A program made the position numbers and the translations under genes. From contig CBDCTK010000002.1 of the NCBI GenBank assembly GCA_965222225.1, positions 3,552,001-3,616,000 of the forward strand: a stretch of DNA of 64,000 bases, read 5' to 3'. Numbering within the stretch: position 1 is the stretch's first letter; every line of letters begins with the position of its first letter. Shown here piece after piece: positions 9,931 through 18,376 of the stretch. Under the pieces are notes generated by a model that worked only from the letters and a program-made list of their open reading frames with translations, was not told the DNA's origin and did not search any database. Source of the DNA: Candidatus Poribacteria bacterium. GTDB taxonomy: Bacteria; Poribacteria; WGA-4E; JAJDTR01.

Positions 9931-11244
9931 ATGGGCGACCTATCTCAGCCTAATCTCTTACGCCGTGTACCATTTCCTAAAATAATGAAACTCAACCTTG
10001 TCGACCAAAAACCGCGCGTTCTTCTATTGCTGCCGACGCGGACATATCGCGCGAATGATTTCTTGTCTGCCGCACGGCAACTAGATGTAGAGGTTGTTAT
10101 CGCGTCAGACCACCCGCAAACGCTCTCCGAACTTTCGCCGTTGAAGTCACTTTCGCTAGACTTTCGTTGTCCGGAACCGGCTACTCAAAAAATCACCGCA
10201 TTTGCAAAAGACTACCCGCTTGACGCCGTTGTCGGGGTGGACGATGACACAACTATCCTCGCCACTATGGCAGCAAAGGAGTTGTCTCTTCCGCACAATA
10301 CAATTGAAGCCGCCTACGCAACGCGGAATAAGCATCAACTGCGAAAAACCCTCGCCGAGGCGGGCCTCCACTCGCCGTGGTTTAAATTGTTGTCCGTCAA
10401 TGAAAACCCGGAGAAGATTGCGAATCAGATTGATTACCCTTGCGTCTTAAAACCTCTATCCCTTTCGGCGAGCCGCGGCGTTATTCGGGCAAATGACCTA
10501 GCGCAATTCACAGACGCCTTTGATCGGGTGGTTGCCATCCTCCAATCATCAAGCGAGGAAGATGAGCATCACGCCAAAGCGGAACACCTGCTCGTTGAAG
10601 GCTTCATTCCCGGAACCGAGGTTGCGCTTGAAGGCATTGTGGTACGAGGGAAACTGAAGGTGCTTGCCATTTTCGACAAACCCGATCCGCTGGATGGCCC
10701 CTTCTTCGAGGAAACGCTCTACATCACGCCGTCCCGACTTTCAGCCGACGTTCAGCAAGAGATTGCTTCGTGCACGGCGGATGCGGCGAAGGCGCTCGGT
10801 TTGAGAGAAGGACCGGTGCATGCCGAACTTAGGATAAAGGACGGTTGCGCTTGGATGCTCGAAATCGCCCCCAGATCGATTGGCGGTCTGTGCGCGCGAA
10901 CCCTTCGCTTCGGCACCGGAATGTCATTGGAAGAATTGATTATCCGCCATGCCATTGGTCACGACGTGAATTCGTTTGAGCGAGAAGAGAAAGCCGCAGG
11001 CGTGATGATGATTCCCATTCCGCATGCTGGAATCCTGCGAGAAGTGAGCGGCCAGTCACAAGCGGAGGCAGTTGAGGGGATTGAGGAGGTTACAATCACG
11101 ATTCCCATCGGTCAGGAAGTTGTACCGTTACCGGAGGGGAAGCAATATCTTGGCTTCATTTTCGCGCGTGGCGAAACTGCCAACGATGTTGAAACTGCCC
11201 TGCGAAAAGCGCATCATCGACTAGAGTTTGCCATTGAACCATAG
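9931..11244 (+). CDS. ATP-grasp domain protein (possible peptide/amino-acid ligase); start may be at 9985
   Basis: YPCVLKPLSLSASRGV, LVEGFIPGTEVALEG, HAELR, LEIAPRSIGG. Confidence 0.85.
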   Translation: MGDLSQPNLLRRVPFPKIMKLNLVDQKPRVLLLLPTRTYRANDFLSAARQLDVEVVIASDHPQTLSELSPLKSLSLDFRCPEPATQKITAFAKDYPLDAVVGVDDDTTILATMAAKELSLPHNTIEAAYATRNKHQLRKTLAEAGLHSPWFKLLSVNENPEKIANQIDYPCVLKPLSLSASRGVIRANDLAQFTDAFDRVVAILQSSSEEDEHHAKAEHLLVEGFIPGTEVALEGIVVRGKLKVLAIFDKPDPLDGPFFEETLYITPSRLSADVQQEIASCTADAAKALGLREGPVHAELRIKDGCAWMLEIAPRSIGGLCARTLRFGTGMSLEELIIRHAIGHDVNSFEREEKAAGVMMIPIPHAGILREVSGQSQAEAVEGIEEVTITIPIGQEVVPLPEGKQYLGFIFARGETANDVETALRKAHHRLEFAIEP

Positions 11245-11331
11245 ATGCCAGACCAACTATCGCGCGTAAAATCAAGAGCAACTGTTACGCCGGCTCCTAC
11301 GTACTTTGGCGAGTTGTGGATGACAATTCCA

Positions 11332-11360
11332 TTGCAATTCCTGGGGAAATCCATTATAAT
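11332..11360 (+). promoter_or_regulatory. sigma70-type promoter of the tatA-tatC operon
   Basis: TTGCAA-17 bp-TATAAT. Confidence 0.7.
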
Positions 11361-11441
11361 ATCAATATCCCTTACACAGGAAGTCAGTACTCTAGTCAGG
11401 CAATTCGGTTGATAAATACGACTTAAGGAGGAGTTGGAACA

Positions 11442-11687
11442 ATGCCAGGTTCACTAGGCGGATGGGAGTTGATTATTATCCTCGTGGTTGTCCTTGTGAT
11501 CTTTGGGCCGAAACGCCTCCCGGAGATGGGACGATCTCTTGGAAAGGCTATTCGAGAATTCAAGAGTGCCGGCAAAGAGGTTCAAAGAGAGTTTACGGAA
11601 TCGATAGACCCTAACGCAGATTCGGCAAAACCGGCAGCTAGAGACACTAACGCCGGTTCAACCAAGCCGGAGAACAAAAGGACCTAG
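11442..11687 (+). CDS. tatA: Twin-arginine translocase TatA
   Basis: [36 protein letters not shown]; AAGGAGG RBS. Confidence 0.97.
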   Translation: MPGSLGGWELIIILVVVLVIFGPKRLPEMGRSLGKAIREFKSAGKEVQREFTESIDPNADSAKPAARDTNAGSTKPENKRT

Positions 11688-11703
11688 CCGACAAACAGCT
11701 ATC

Positions 11704-12534
11704 ATGTCTGATCCCGAAGACACGTCGATGACTTTTTGGGGACATCTCGAAGAACTGAGACGGCGACTTATTGTGATTGCAATCGCGATCGGCGCCTTCA
11801 CTTTTCTGAGTTTGTCCTTTAGCCGCCCGATTGAGGCAGTCCTGCGATTTCCGATGGAGACCTCCATCAACACGATACTAGCAGGAATCATTGACCGCAC
11901 GGTTGGCGAAGAGGGTTCGATGATGGGGTTTCTCTCGGTGTCCTTAAAGGCTAGCGCATCGAATGTTGAAGCCGAATTGCTTAAGATTGGGCCAGTTGAA
12001 GGAATCATGGCATACCTCAAAATTAGCATTACTTGTGGCTTGTTGCTCGCTTCTCCGCTTGTGCTCTATCAAATCTGGGCTTTCATTTTTCCAGCCTTGA
12101 CGCAACAAGAGAGAAAGTTTGCTCTGCCGCTCTTCCTCATTATCGTCCTCTTTTTTGTGGTTGGCGTAACTTTCGCCTACCTAATCGTCACTCCGACCGT
12201 TCTCCATTTTTCTGCAAACCTCTTCCCCAACATGGCAAATCGTTGGGACATCGAAAAGTACGTGAACTTTATCACCCGACTACTGCTGGGGTTTGGCATT
12301 GCGTTTGAACTCCCGATTGTCATGGCGTTTCTGTCTTGGATCGGTGTTGTAAACTCACGAGGTTTTCGTGAAAAACAGAGTTACGCCGTCGTCGGAATCT
12401 TTGTCATGTCGGCACTGTTGACCCCTGCGGATCCGCTCTCCATGTTCTTGATGGCAGTTCCGCTCATTGTATTATATCAACTCGGGATCTTTTTCGCCTT
12501 TCTCCTCGAACGGGAATCTGAAACCTATGCCTAA
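11704..12534 (+). CDS. tatC: Twin-arginine translocase TatC
   Basis: MTFWGHLEELRRRL, YQIWAFIFPAL, FGIAFELP, SALLTPADP. Confidence 0.97.
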   Translation: MSDPEDTSMTFWGHLEELRRRLIVIAIAIGAFTFLSLSFSRPIEAVLRFPMETSINTILAGIIDRTVGEEGSMMGFLSVSLKASASNVEAELLKIGPVEGIMAYLKISITCGLLLASPLVLYQIWAFIFPALTQQERKFALPLFLIIVLFFVVGVTFAYLIVTPTVLHFSANLFPNMANRWDIEKYVNFITRLLLGFGIAFELPIVMAFLSWIGVVNSRGFREKQSYAVVGIFVMSALLTPADPLSMFLMAVPLIVLYQLGIFFAFLLERESETYA

Positions 12535-13273
12535 TTCCGGCCTCCAAGATCAACTTGGCTTGCTTTACCAGCTTCAACAGATTGAATTGACAATCTTGTC
12601 ACTGCACCAGCATCGACAAGCCATACCGCTTAAGATTGCAAAGCTGGAGGAGGAATTTCAGGTACATCAAGGAGCATTGGATGCGAAAAAGGAAGCGCTC
12701 GCAGAGACAGAAAGAGAATTACGTTCAAAAAATGCGGAGCTCACGGACCAACAGGAGCAACGTAAGAAATACGAAACTCAACTGCGAATTGTTAAAACCA
12801 ACAAGGAATATCAAGCATTAGATAAAGAGATTAGCTTTCAACAGGAAAAGGAAGCGGAAGTCGAAGATGCTATCCTCGGAATCATGTTGGATATCGATCG
12901 ATTTCAAGAGGAGCTTCGCCAAGGGCAGGTTTCCTTTAACGCGGAGAAGGAAAAAGTCCGCATCCAAAAAGCCAAATATGCGCAGGAGGAGAGAGATTTA
13001 GCGGCAGCAGTCGCGGCGCAGCAAAAGGAGCGCAAACGTTTTTCGCCCAGCGTAGGTAAAGATTTGATGAATAGTTACCAAGCATGGGTTAAGCGTCGCA
13101 AGACAGCGTTCGTGTCGATAGTAGCAAATAATGCGTGCGGCGGTTGCCGAATTGCAATCCCACCCCAGGCACTCAAAGAATCTCGTAAATTCGAAAAGAT
13201 TGTTCAGTGTTCAAGCTGCAAACGTATCCTTTTCCCTCTGCCTGACGTAGAAAAAGAAATCGAGAGCAAATAA
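12527..13273 (+). CDS. Coiled-coil protein with C4 zinc ribbon (CT398/DUF164-like)
   Basis: LYQLQQIE, VKTNKEYQALDKEI, CGGCRIAIPPQ...CSSCKRIL; start overlaps the tatC end. Confidence 0.9.
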   Translation: MPNSGLQDQLGLLYQLQQIELTILSLHQHRQAIPLKIAKLEEEFQVHQGALDAKKEALAETERELRSKNAELTDQQEQRKKYETQLRIVKTNKEYQALDKEISFQQEKEAEVEDAILGIMLDIDRFQEELRQGQVSFNAEKEKVRIQKAKYAQEERDLAAAVAAQQKERKRFSPSVGKDLMNSYQAWVKRRKTAFVSIVANNACGGCRIAIPPQALKESRKFEKIVQCSSCKRILFPLPDVEKEIESK

Positions 13274-13545
13274 GCTTCCCACCGAAAACTCCTCTGCCAC
13301 CTCGCGCTGCGTTGTGCAAAGTAATCCCATAGAAATCCCTTTGCCGGTCGGAGTCCGTGTTGTTTAGGTGTACGGATTTCAGGCTGATTACATCCTCCCC
13401 AGACCCTAACATTACCGCATTTGAAAATAGGATTTATCGGGTGGTATACTTACGGTACGATCGGTACGATTTGAATTTGGAAGAAATCGCGATTGTGGAG
13501 GAATCAGGTGGCCAAGTTGATTAATCTTATCAAAGCGATTGTGTT

Positions 13546-13574
13546 TTGACAATCCTCTAAGCGTATGTTAAAAT
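13546..13574 (+). promoter_or_regulatory. Strong sigma70 promoter (extended -10) of the small gene at 13631
   Basis: TTGACA-17 bp-TAAAAT with TG at the extended -10 position. Confidence 0.75.
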
Positions 13575-13630
13575 GTGTGCGGCTGAAGATTAGAATTCGG
13601 CGTCCCATAGAATAAAAGGAGGTGAGAACC

Positions 13631-13834
13631 ATGGCAGCGCGCGACACCTACAAGTATCATCTGAAACAAGGAAATAAAATTATTCGTAGTGGTATTACTA
13701 ATGACCTAGACCGGCGGGAAGATGAACACCAGCGAGAATACGGAAAGGATGTTCATGTAACAAAGGTTGGAAGGGCCGCAACACGGGAAGGTGCCAAGGA
13801 CTGGGAAAAAGAGCAGAAGCGTGGTACCCCTTAA
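13631..13834 (+). CDS. 67-aa protein resembling a minimal GIY-YIG nuclease core
   Basis: AAGGAGGTGA RBS plus promoter; YKYHLKQGNKIIRSGITNDLDRREDEH...AKDWE resembles (G)IY...Y(I)GxTxDLxRRxxEH...E. Confidence 0.7.
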   Translation: MAARDTYKYHLKQGNKIIRSGITNDLDRREDEHQREYGKDVHVTKVGRAATREGAKDWEKEQKRGTP

Positions 13835-13903
13835 GGTACTAGGTTCATTTTTTGTCTTCGGATTGTATCGGCATGGAATCGCTATATAACCGGGGCTCAG
13901 GTG

Positions 13904-14008
13904 TCTCGGTTGTCGTTGAAGTCTTCTCGGTTGTCGTTGAAGTCTTCTCGGTTGTCGTTGAAGTCTTCTCGGTTGTCGTTGAAGTCTTCTCGGTTGTCGT
14001 TGAAGTCT
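13904..14008. repeat. Perfect tandem repeat, 5 x 21 bp (TCTCGGTTGTCGTTGAAGTCT)
   Basis: Five identical contiguous copies counted directly; no spacers. Confidence 0.97.
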
Positions 14009-14164
14009 TTACGAATGTTGTGTTTGATATTGGCGGCAGAGCTAGGTCTAGTTTCTGCCGCCTTTTTTGCATTGTTACCGAGTATCATTTGATAATCGCC
14101 AGAAAAATCTTTTGGCAGTCAACTTAAATCAATACTAGAATGTAGCTATCATTGACGACAAATC

Positions 14165-14893
14165 ATGAGCACACCTAACGGCCTGAGCGGGGTTAAAGAA
14201 AAAATCAATGAGATAGAGGAAAAATCAGCCGATGGCGACTACATCTACCGCGGCGAACCTAAATGCTTTGAAGAAGTGTCCTCAAGCCTATGGCGTCAAT
14301 TTAGGAAAATGAGTGAGGAGCAGCAATTTGATATAGAGATTGTTGATATAGATTATGTCCAAGATGGGATTCTCAACGACGCTGAAAATTATGCCCGTGG
14401 CACCGAATCAGGATTTGAAATGATGGCACAGCTCCAACATTTCGGAGGTAAGACCAACTTGATAGACTTCACCACCGACTACCTGAGGGCACTTTTCTTT
14501 GCCTGCGATAACTTGCCTAACGAACCCGGTAGGCTAATCTTATTACAACAAACAGAGGAGATGACTGCAAAATACCAGATTGAGGAACCGCTAAATCCGC
14601 CAAACCGGGTAATTGCTCAAAAGAGCATATTTGTTCGACCGCCCAAAGGGTACATTGAACCGGAAGAATACGATATAATAGACATTCCAGAGTCCCTCAA
14701 ACAGTTCATGCTCGACCATCTACAAAAGTATCACGGTATATCTGCCGCAACCCTGTATAACGACCTTCACGGGTTTATCATTAATCAAGACAGGCACGAA
14801 GGGGCATACATGGAGTATTATAGAGCGATTACCTACCAACAAGAAAGAGAGACAGAAGATGAAACCCCTTACGAAATTGGATCGTCTCGATAA
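14165..14893 (+). CDS. FRG-domain protein (N-terminal part of a probable FRG-TPR fusion)
   Basis: YIYRGE, SSSLWR, LQHFGGKTNLIDFTTDYLRALFFAC, NRVIAQKSIF, GISAATLYNDLHG. Confidence 0.88.
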   Translation: MSTPNGLSGVKEKINEIEEKSADGDYIYRGEPKCFEEVSSSLWRQFRKMSEEQQFDIEIVDIDYVQDGILNDAENYARGTESGFEMMAQLQHFGGKTNLIDFTTDYLRALFFACDNLPNEPGRLILLQQTEEMTAKYQIEEPLNPPNRVIAQKSIFVRPPKGYIEPEEYDIIDIPESLKQFMLDHLQKYHGISAATLYNDLHGFIINQDRHEGAYMEYYRAITYQQERETEDETPYEIGSSR

Positions 14894-16886
14894 GGCAATC
14901 GAACACTACAATGAAGCCATTAGACTAAAACCCAATTTCGCCGAAGCCTATACCGGTCGTGGCGTTGCATACCAGAGGAAGGGCGAGTATGATCGCGCTG
15001 TTAGAGACCACAACAGAGCAATACAGCTGATACCCCACTATGCCACAGCCTATTTCAATCGGGGCAACACTTACCTCGGCATTGGTGATTTTGACCGCGC
15101 CATCGCAGACTTTACCAAATCAATTGCGCTGAAACCCAATTTTGCCGAAGCATATTCCAATCGCGGTGTTACTTACGAAAGCAAGGACAAGTATGACCAA
15201 GCAATTGAAGACTACAACAAAGCAATAGACCTGAAGCCCACTTATGGCGAAGTCTATATTAATCGAGGCAAGACTTACCTTGACAAAGGTGAGATTGACC
15301 GGGCAATCGGAGACTTTACTAGCGCGATAGAACTCAGGCCCAATTATGTCGAAGCCTATCGCGATCGCGGCCTAGCTTACAGCATTAAAGGCGATTCTGA
15401 CCGTGCCGTCCAAGACTTGACAAAGGCAATTCAACTTAAACCGGATTATGCCGATACCTATTACAATCGCGGTCTAGCTCACGGCACAAATGGCGATTCT
15501 GACCGTGCCATCGAAGACTTCACCAAAGCGATAGAATTGAATCCAGATTTTGTCGAAGCCTATTACAATCGAGGCGTAGCTTACAGGGAAAAAGGGGATT
15601 CCGAGCGTGCAATCCAAGACTATACTAAAGCAATAGACCTCAATCCCAATTACGTCATAGCTTATGACAATCGAGGAGAGACTTACCATAACGCAGGTGA
15701 TTCAGAACGCGCCATTGCAGACTTTACCAAAGCAATAGAATTGAATCCGGATTATGCCAAAGCCTATTATAACCGTGGTACTGCTTACGGCATGAAAGGC
15801 GATTATAATCGTGCTATCAAAGACTTTACCCAAGCGATAGTATTGAGACCGGATTATGCCATAGCCTATGACAATCGCGGCAATGCTTACAACAATGAAG
15901 GGGATTGTGAGCGTGCCATCATAGACTTTAACAAAGCAATAGAACTCAAACCTAATCATGCTACTGCTTATTACAATCGCGGGGTGGCTTTCAACAACAA
16001 AGGCGATTTTGACCGTGCCATCACGGACTTTACGCAAGCGATAGTCCTAGATCCTAGCTTTGCCTTAGCCTACTACAATCGCGGCGTAGCTTACGAACGC
16101 AAAGACTTGGTTGAGAGTGCCGTCGTAAATTTTACCAAAGCAATGGACCTGAACTCCAACGTTGCCACAGCAAATTTCAATCGCAGGGTGGCTTTTAACA
16201 ACAAAGGCGAGTATGACTGCGCCATTGAAGATTTTACGAAAGCCATAGAAGTCAAACCCGATTTCGCTGAAGCCTATAGCAATCGCGGTATTGCCTACAT
16301 GAGCGAAGGCAAGTTTGACTGTGCTATTGAAGATTTTACCAAAGCCATAGAAGTCAAACCCGACTTCGCCGAAGGTTATAACAATCGTGGAGTTGCTTAC
16401 GCCGAAAAAAGCGAGATTGAAACCGCAATTGAAGATTTTACTAAAGCGATAAACCTACAGTCCGACGATAAATCCGATTATATTGAGGCATATTACAATC
16501 TCGGTCTGGCTTACGCCAAACACGGTGAGATTAACCTTGCCATTGCAAACTTTAACAAAGTGGAACAACTGGAACCCAATGAACTTGATATCTATAATAA
16601 TCGCGGCATTGCTTACTACAATCAAGGCGATTATGAACGCGCCGTCAGTGATTACAGCAAGGCGATACAACTCAAGCCGGATGATGCCCATGCTTATCAT
16701 AATCGTGGCGAGGCTTGGCTACATTTGAGCAAATGGGACAAAGCCCGAGAGGATTTGAAGATTGCCAAAAACAAGGGCGTTGATATAATCGCTGCATTCC
16801 ACAACGACTACGAAAGCGTGGCGGACTTTGAGAAGAAAAATAATGTGAAACTGCCGGAAGACATCGCCACAATGTTGACAAACTGA
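14859..16886 (+). CDS. TPR-array protein (~18 repeats), probably the frameshifted continuation of the FRG gene
   Basis: Repeated 34-aa units AYYNRGxAYxxKGDxDRAIxDFTKAIELxP; overlaps the FRG ORF in the +1 frame. Confidence 0.92.
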   Translation: MKPLTKLDRLDKAIEHYNEAIRLKPNFAEAYTGRGVAYQRKGEYDRAVRDHNRAIQLIPHYATAYFNRGNTYLGIGDFDRAIADFTKSIALKPNFAEAYSNRGVTYESKDKYDQAIEDYNKAIDLKPTYGEVYINRGKTYLDKGEIDRAIGDFTSAIELRPNYVEAYRDRGLAYSIKGDSDRAVQDLTKAIQLKPDYADTYYNRGLAHGTNGDSDRAIEDFTKAIELNPDFVEAYYNRGVAYREKGDSERAIQDYTKAIDLNPNYVIAYDNRGETYHNAGDSERAIADFTKAIELNPDYAKAYYNRGTAYGMKGDYNRAIKDFTQAIVLRPDYAIAYDNRGNAYNNEGDCERAIIDFNKAIELKPNHATAYYNRGVAFNNKGDFDRAITDFTQAIVLDPSFALAYYNRGVAYERKDLVESAVVNFTKAMDLNSNVATANFNRRVAFNNKGEYDCAIEDFTKAIEVKPDFAEAYSNRGIAYMSEGKFDCAIEDFTKAIEVKPDFAEGYNNRGVAYAEKSEIETAIEDFTKAINLQSDDKSDYIEAYYNLGLAYAKHGEINLAIANFNKVEQLEPNELDIYNNRGIAYYNQGDYERAVSDYSKAIQLKPDDAHAYHNRGEAWLHLSKWDKAREDLKIAKNKGVDIIAAFHNDYESVADFEKKNNVKLPEDIATMLTN

Positions 16887-16999
16887 GTAACCGGCGAGAA
16901 AATCCGCGATTCAAACAATAAAGGAATTGCCGTGGTTATGTGAATAGGATTGTAGGGTGTGTGCTCCCTACCAAAAGGCGGGAAAGAAGACGTGGATTT

Positions 17000-17155
17000 C
17001 TATCCGTTAGCAGATTTCAATTCCGACAAGAGGCGGGCGATGCACTCGTGAATCTGCCCTTCGACGGACGGTTTCGGGGGCAGCCGGTGTTTGAGGAAGG
17101 CTTCGTAACCACCGGCAAGTCCGAGGTCGTAATTCTTTTTCGTGGCGATGTAGCC
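17000..17155 (-). pseudogene. Orphan C-terminal gene fragment (possibly neutral-ceramidase-like)
   Basis: Reads GYIATKKNYDLGLAGGYEAFLKHRLPPKPSVEGQIHECIARLLSELKSANG* with no start codon; GY...GGYE motif. Confidence 0.4.
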
Positions 17156-17189
17156 CGATTGCGAAAGTCTGCTAGGTTAGCTTCTCAAT

Positions 17190-18368
17190 TTAGCAAGACC
17201 GTTCCGTGGCAGTGCGTGCCGCGATGAACCCTTCAAGCGCTTCCTCCAACTCCTCACGCGTGTGGCTTGCCGTCGGCGTAATCCGCAGGCGGCTCGTACC
17301 CATCGGCACCGTCGGAGGGCGTATGCCGGGGGCGAAAACGCCTTCGTTTAGCAGTGCCTCCGCAAACTGCGTCGTCGTTTTCGCTTCTCCAAGGATTAGC
17401 GGCAGTATGTGAGTCTCGTTTGTAAGCAGTTGAAATCCGGCTTCTGATAGCCCGGTTTTGAGGGTGTGGACATTCGCGAACAAACGTTGGCGAAACTCGA
17501 AATTACAGCGGATTAAATCGATCGCTGCCGACGCAGCCGCTAATGTGCCGGGCGGAAGAGCTGTGGTGAAGATGAAACCGCGTGCCCGGTTAATCAAAAA
17601 ATCGATGAGGGATTGACTCCCCGCCACAAACGCCCCGACGCCTCCCACCGCCTTGCTCAACGCCCCGATTTGGATAATCCCCCGATCTCCCACTCCCAAG
17701 TAATCCACGAGACCGCCGCCAGACTGGCCTAGAATCCCGAAACCGTGCACGTCATCCACCAGTAACATGGAATCATGGGCCTCTGCTATCTCGCAGATTT
17801 CGGCAAGAGGCGGAAAGTCCCCATCCATACTGAAAACGCCGTCGGTCACAATCAGCCGACGCCTAAATCTTGAGGACTCGGAGAGTAGCTCTTTCAGGTG
17901 CTCCGGATCGCAGTGCCGATAAATTCGCTTGGTGGCTTTGCTGAGGCGACAACCCTCAATAAGGCTAATATGATTGCGTTCGTCGCTCAGAATAAGATCT
18001 TCCTCCCCAACGAGGGCAGGGATTGTGCCGATGTTGGCGAGGTAGCCGGAGCTGAAAACCAGTGCGGCTTCCGTGTTCAACATCGCCGCAATCTTCGACT
18101 CAAGTTCCTCGTAAAGGTGGCTATTGCCCGCGATAAGTCGTGACCCGCTTGCGCCGGTACCGTATTCCTGAACCGATTCGCACGCAGCCTTGATTACCTG
18201 AGGATGCGTGCTCAAGCCGAGGTAGTTGGTCGAGGCAAGCGAGATTACCTCACAACCATCAAGAAGGACGCGCCCCGTCGGGGCACTCATCATGAAGCGA
18301 AGTGAGCGCCAGTGCCCAGCCTGCTCTAGTTCGTTCCTCTCGTCTTCTAGCCAGCAATCTAAGTTCAT
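17190..18368 (-). CDS. bioF: 8-amino-7-oxononanoate synthase
   Basis: STNYLGL, GTGASGSRLIAG, FSSGYLAN, TDGVFSMDGD, DDVHG, ALSKA, IRPPTVP. Confidence 0.95.
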   Translation of the reverse strand: MNLDCWLEDERNELEQAGHWRSLRFMMSAPTGRVLLDGCEVISLASTNYLGLSTHPQVIKAACESVQEYGTGASGSRLIAGNSHLYEELESKIAAMLNTEAALVFSSGYLANIGTIPALVGEEDLILSDERNHISLIEGCRLSKATKRIYRHCDPEHLKELLSESSRFRRRLIVTDGVFSMDGDFPPLAEICEIAEAHDSMLLVDDVHGFGILGQSGGGLVDYLGVGDRGIIQIGALSKAVGGVGAFVAGSQSLIDFLINRARGFIFTTALPPGTLAAASAAIDLIRCNFEFRQRLFANVHTLKTGLSEAGFQLLTNETHILPLILGEAKTTTQFAEALLNEGVFAPGIRPPTVPMGTSRLRITPTASHTREELEEALEGFIAARTATERSC

Positions 18369-18376
18369 TCCCGCGT

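Noticed and set aside
13904-14008. CRISPR array
   Set aside because: The repeats are contiguous with no spacers, and there are no cas genes.
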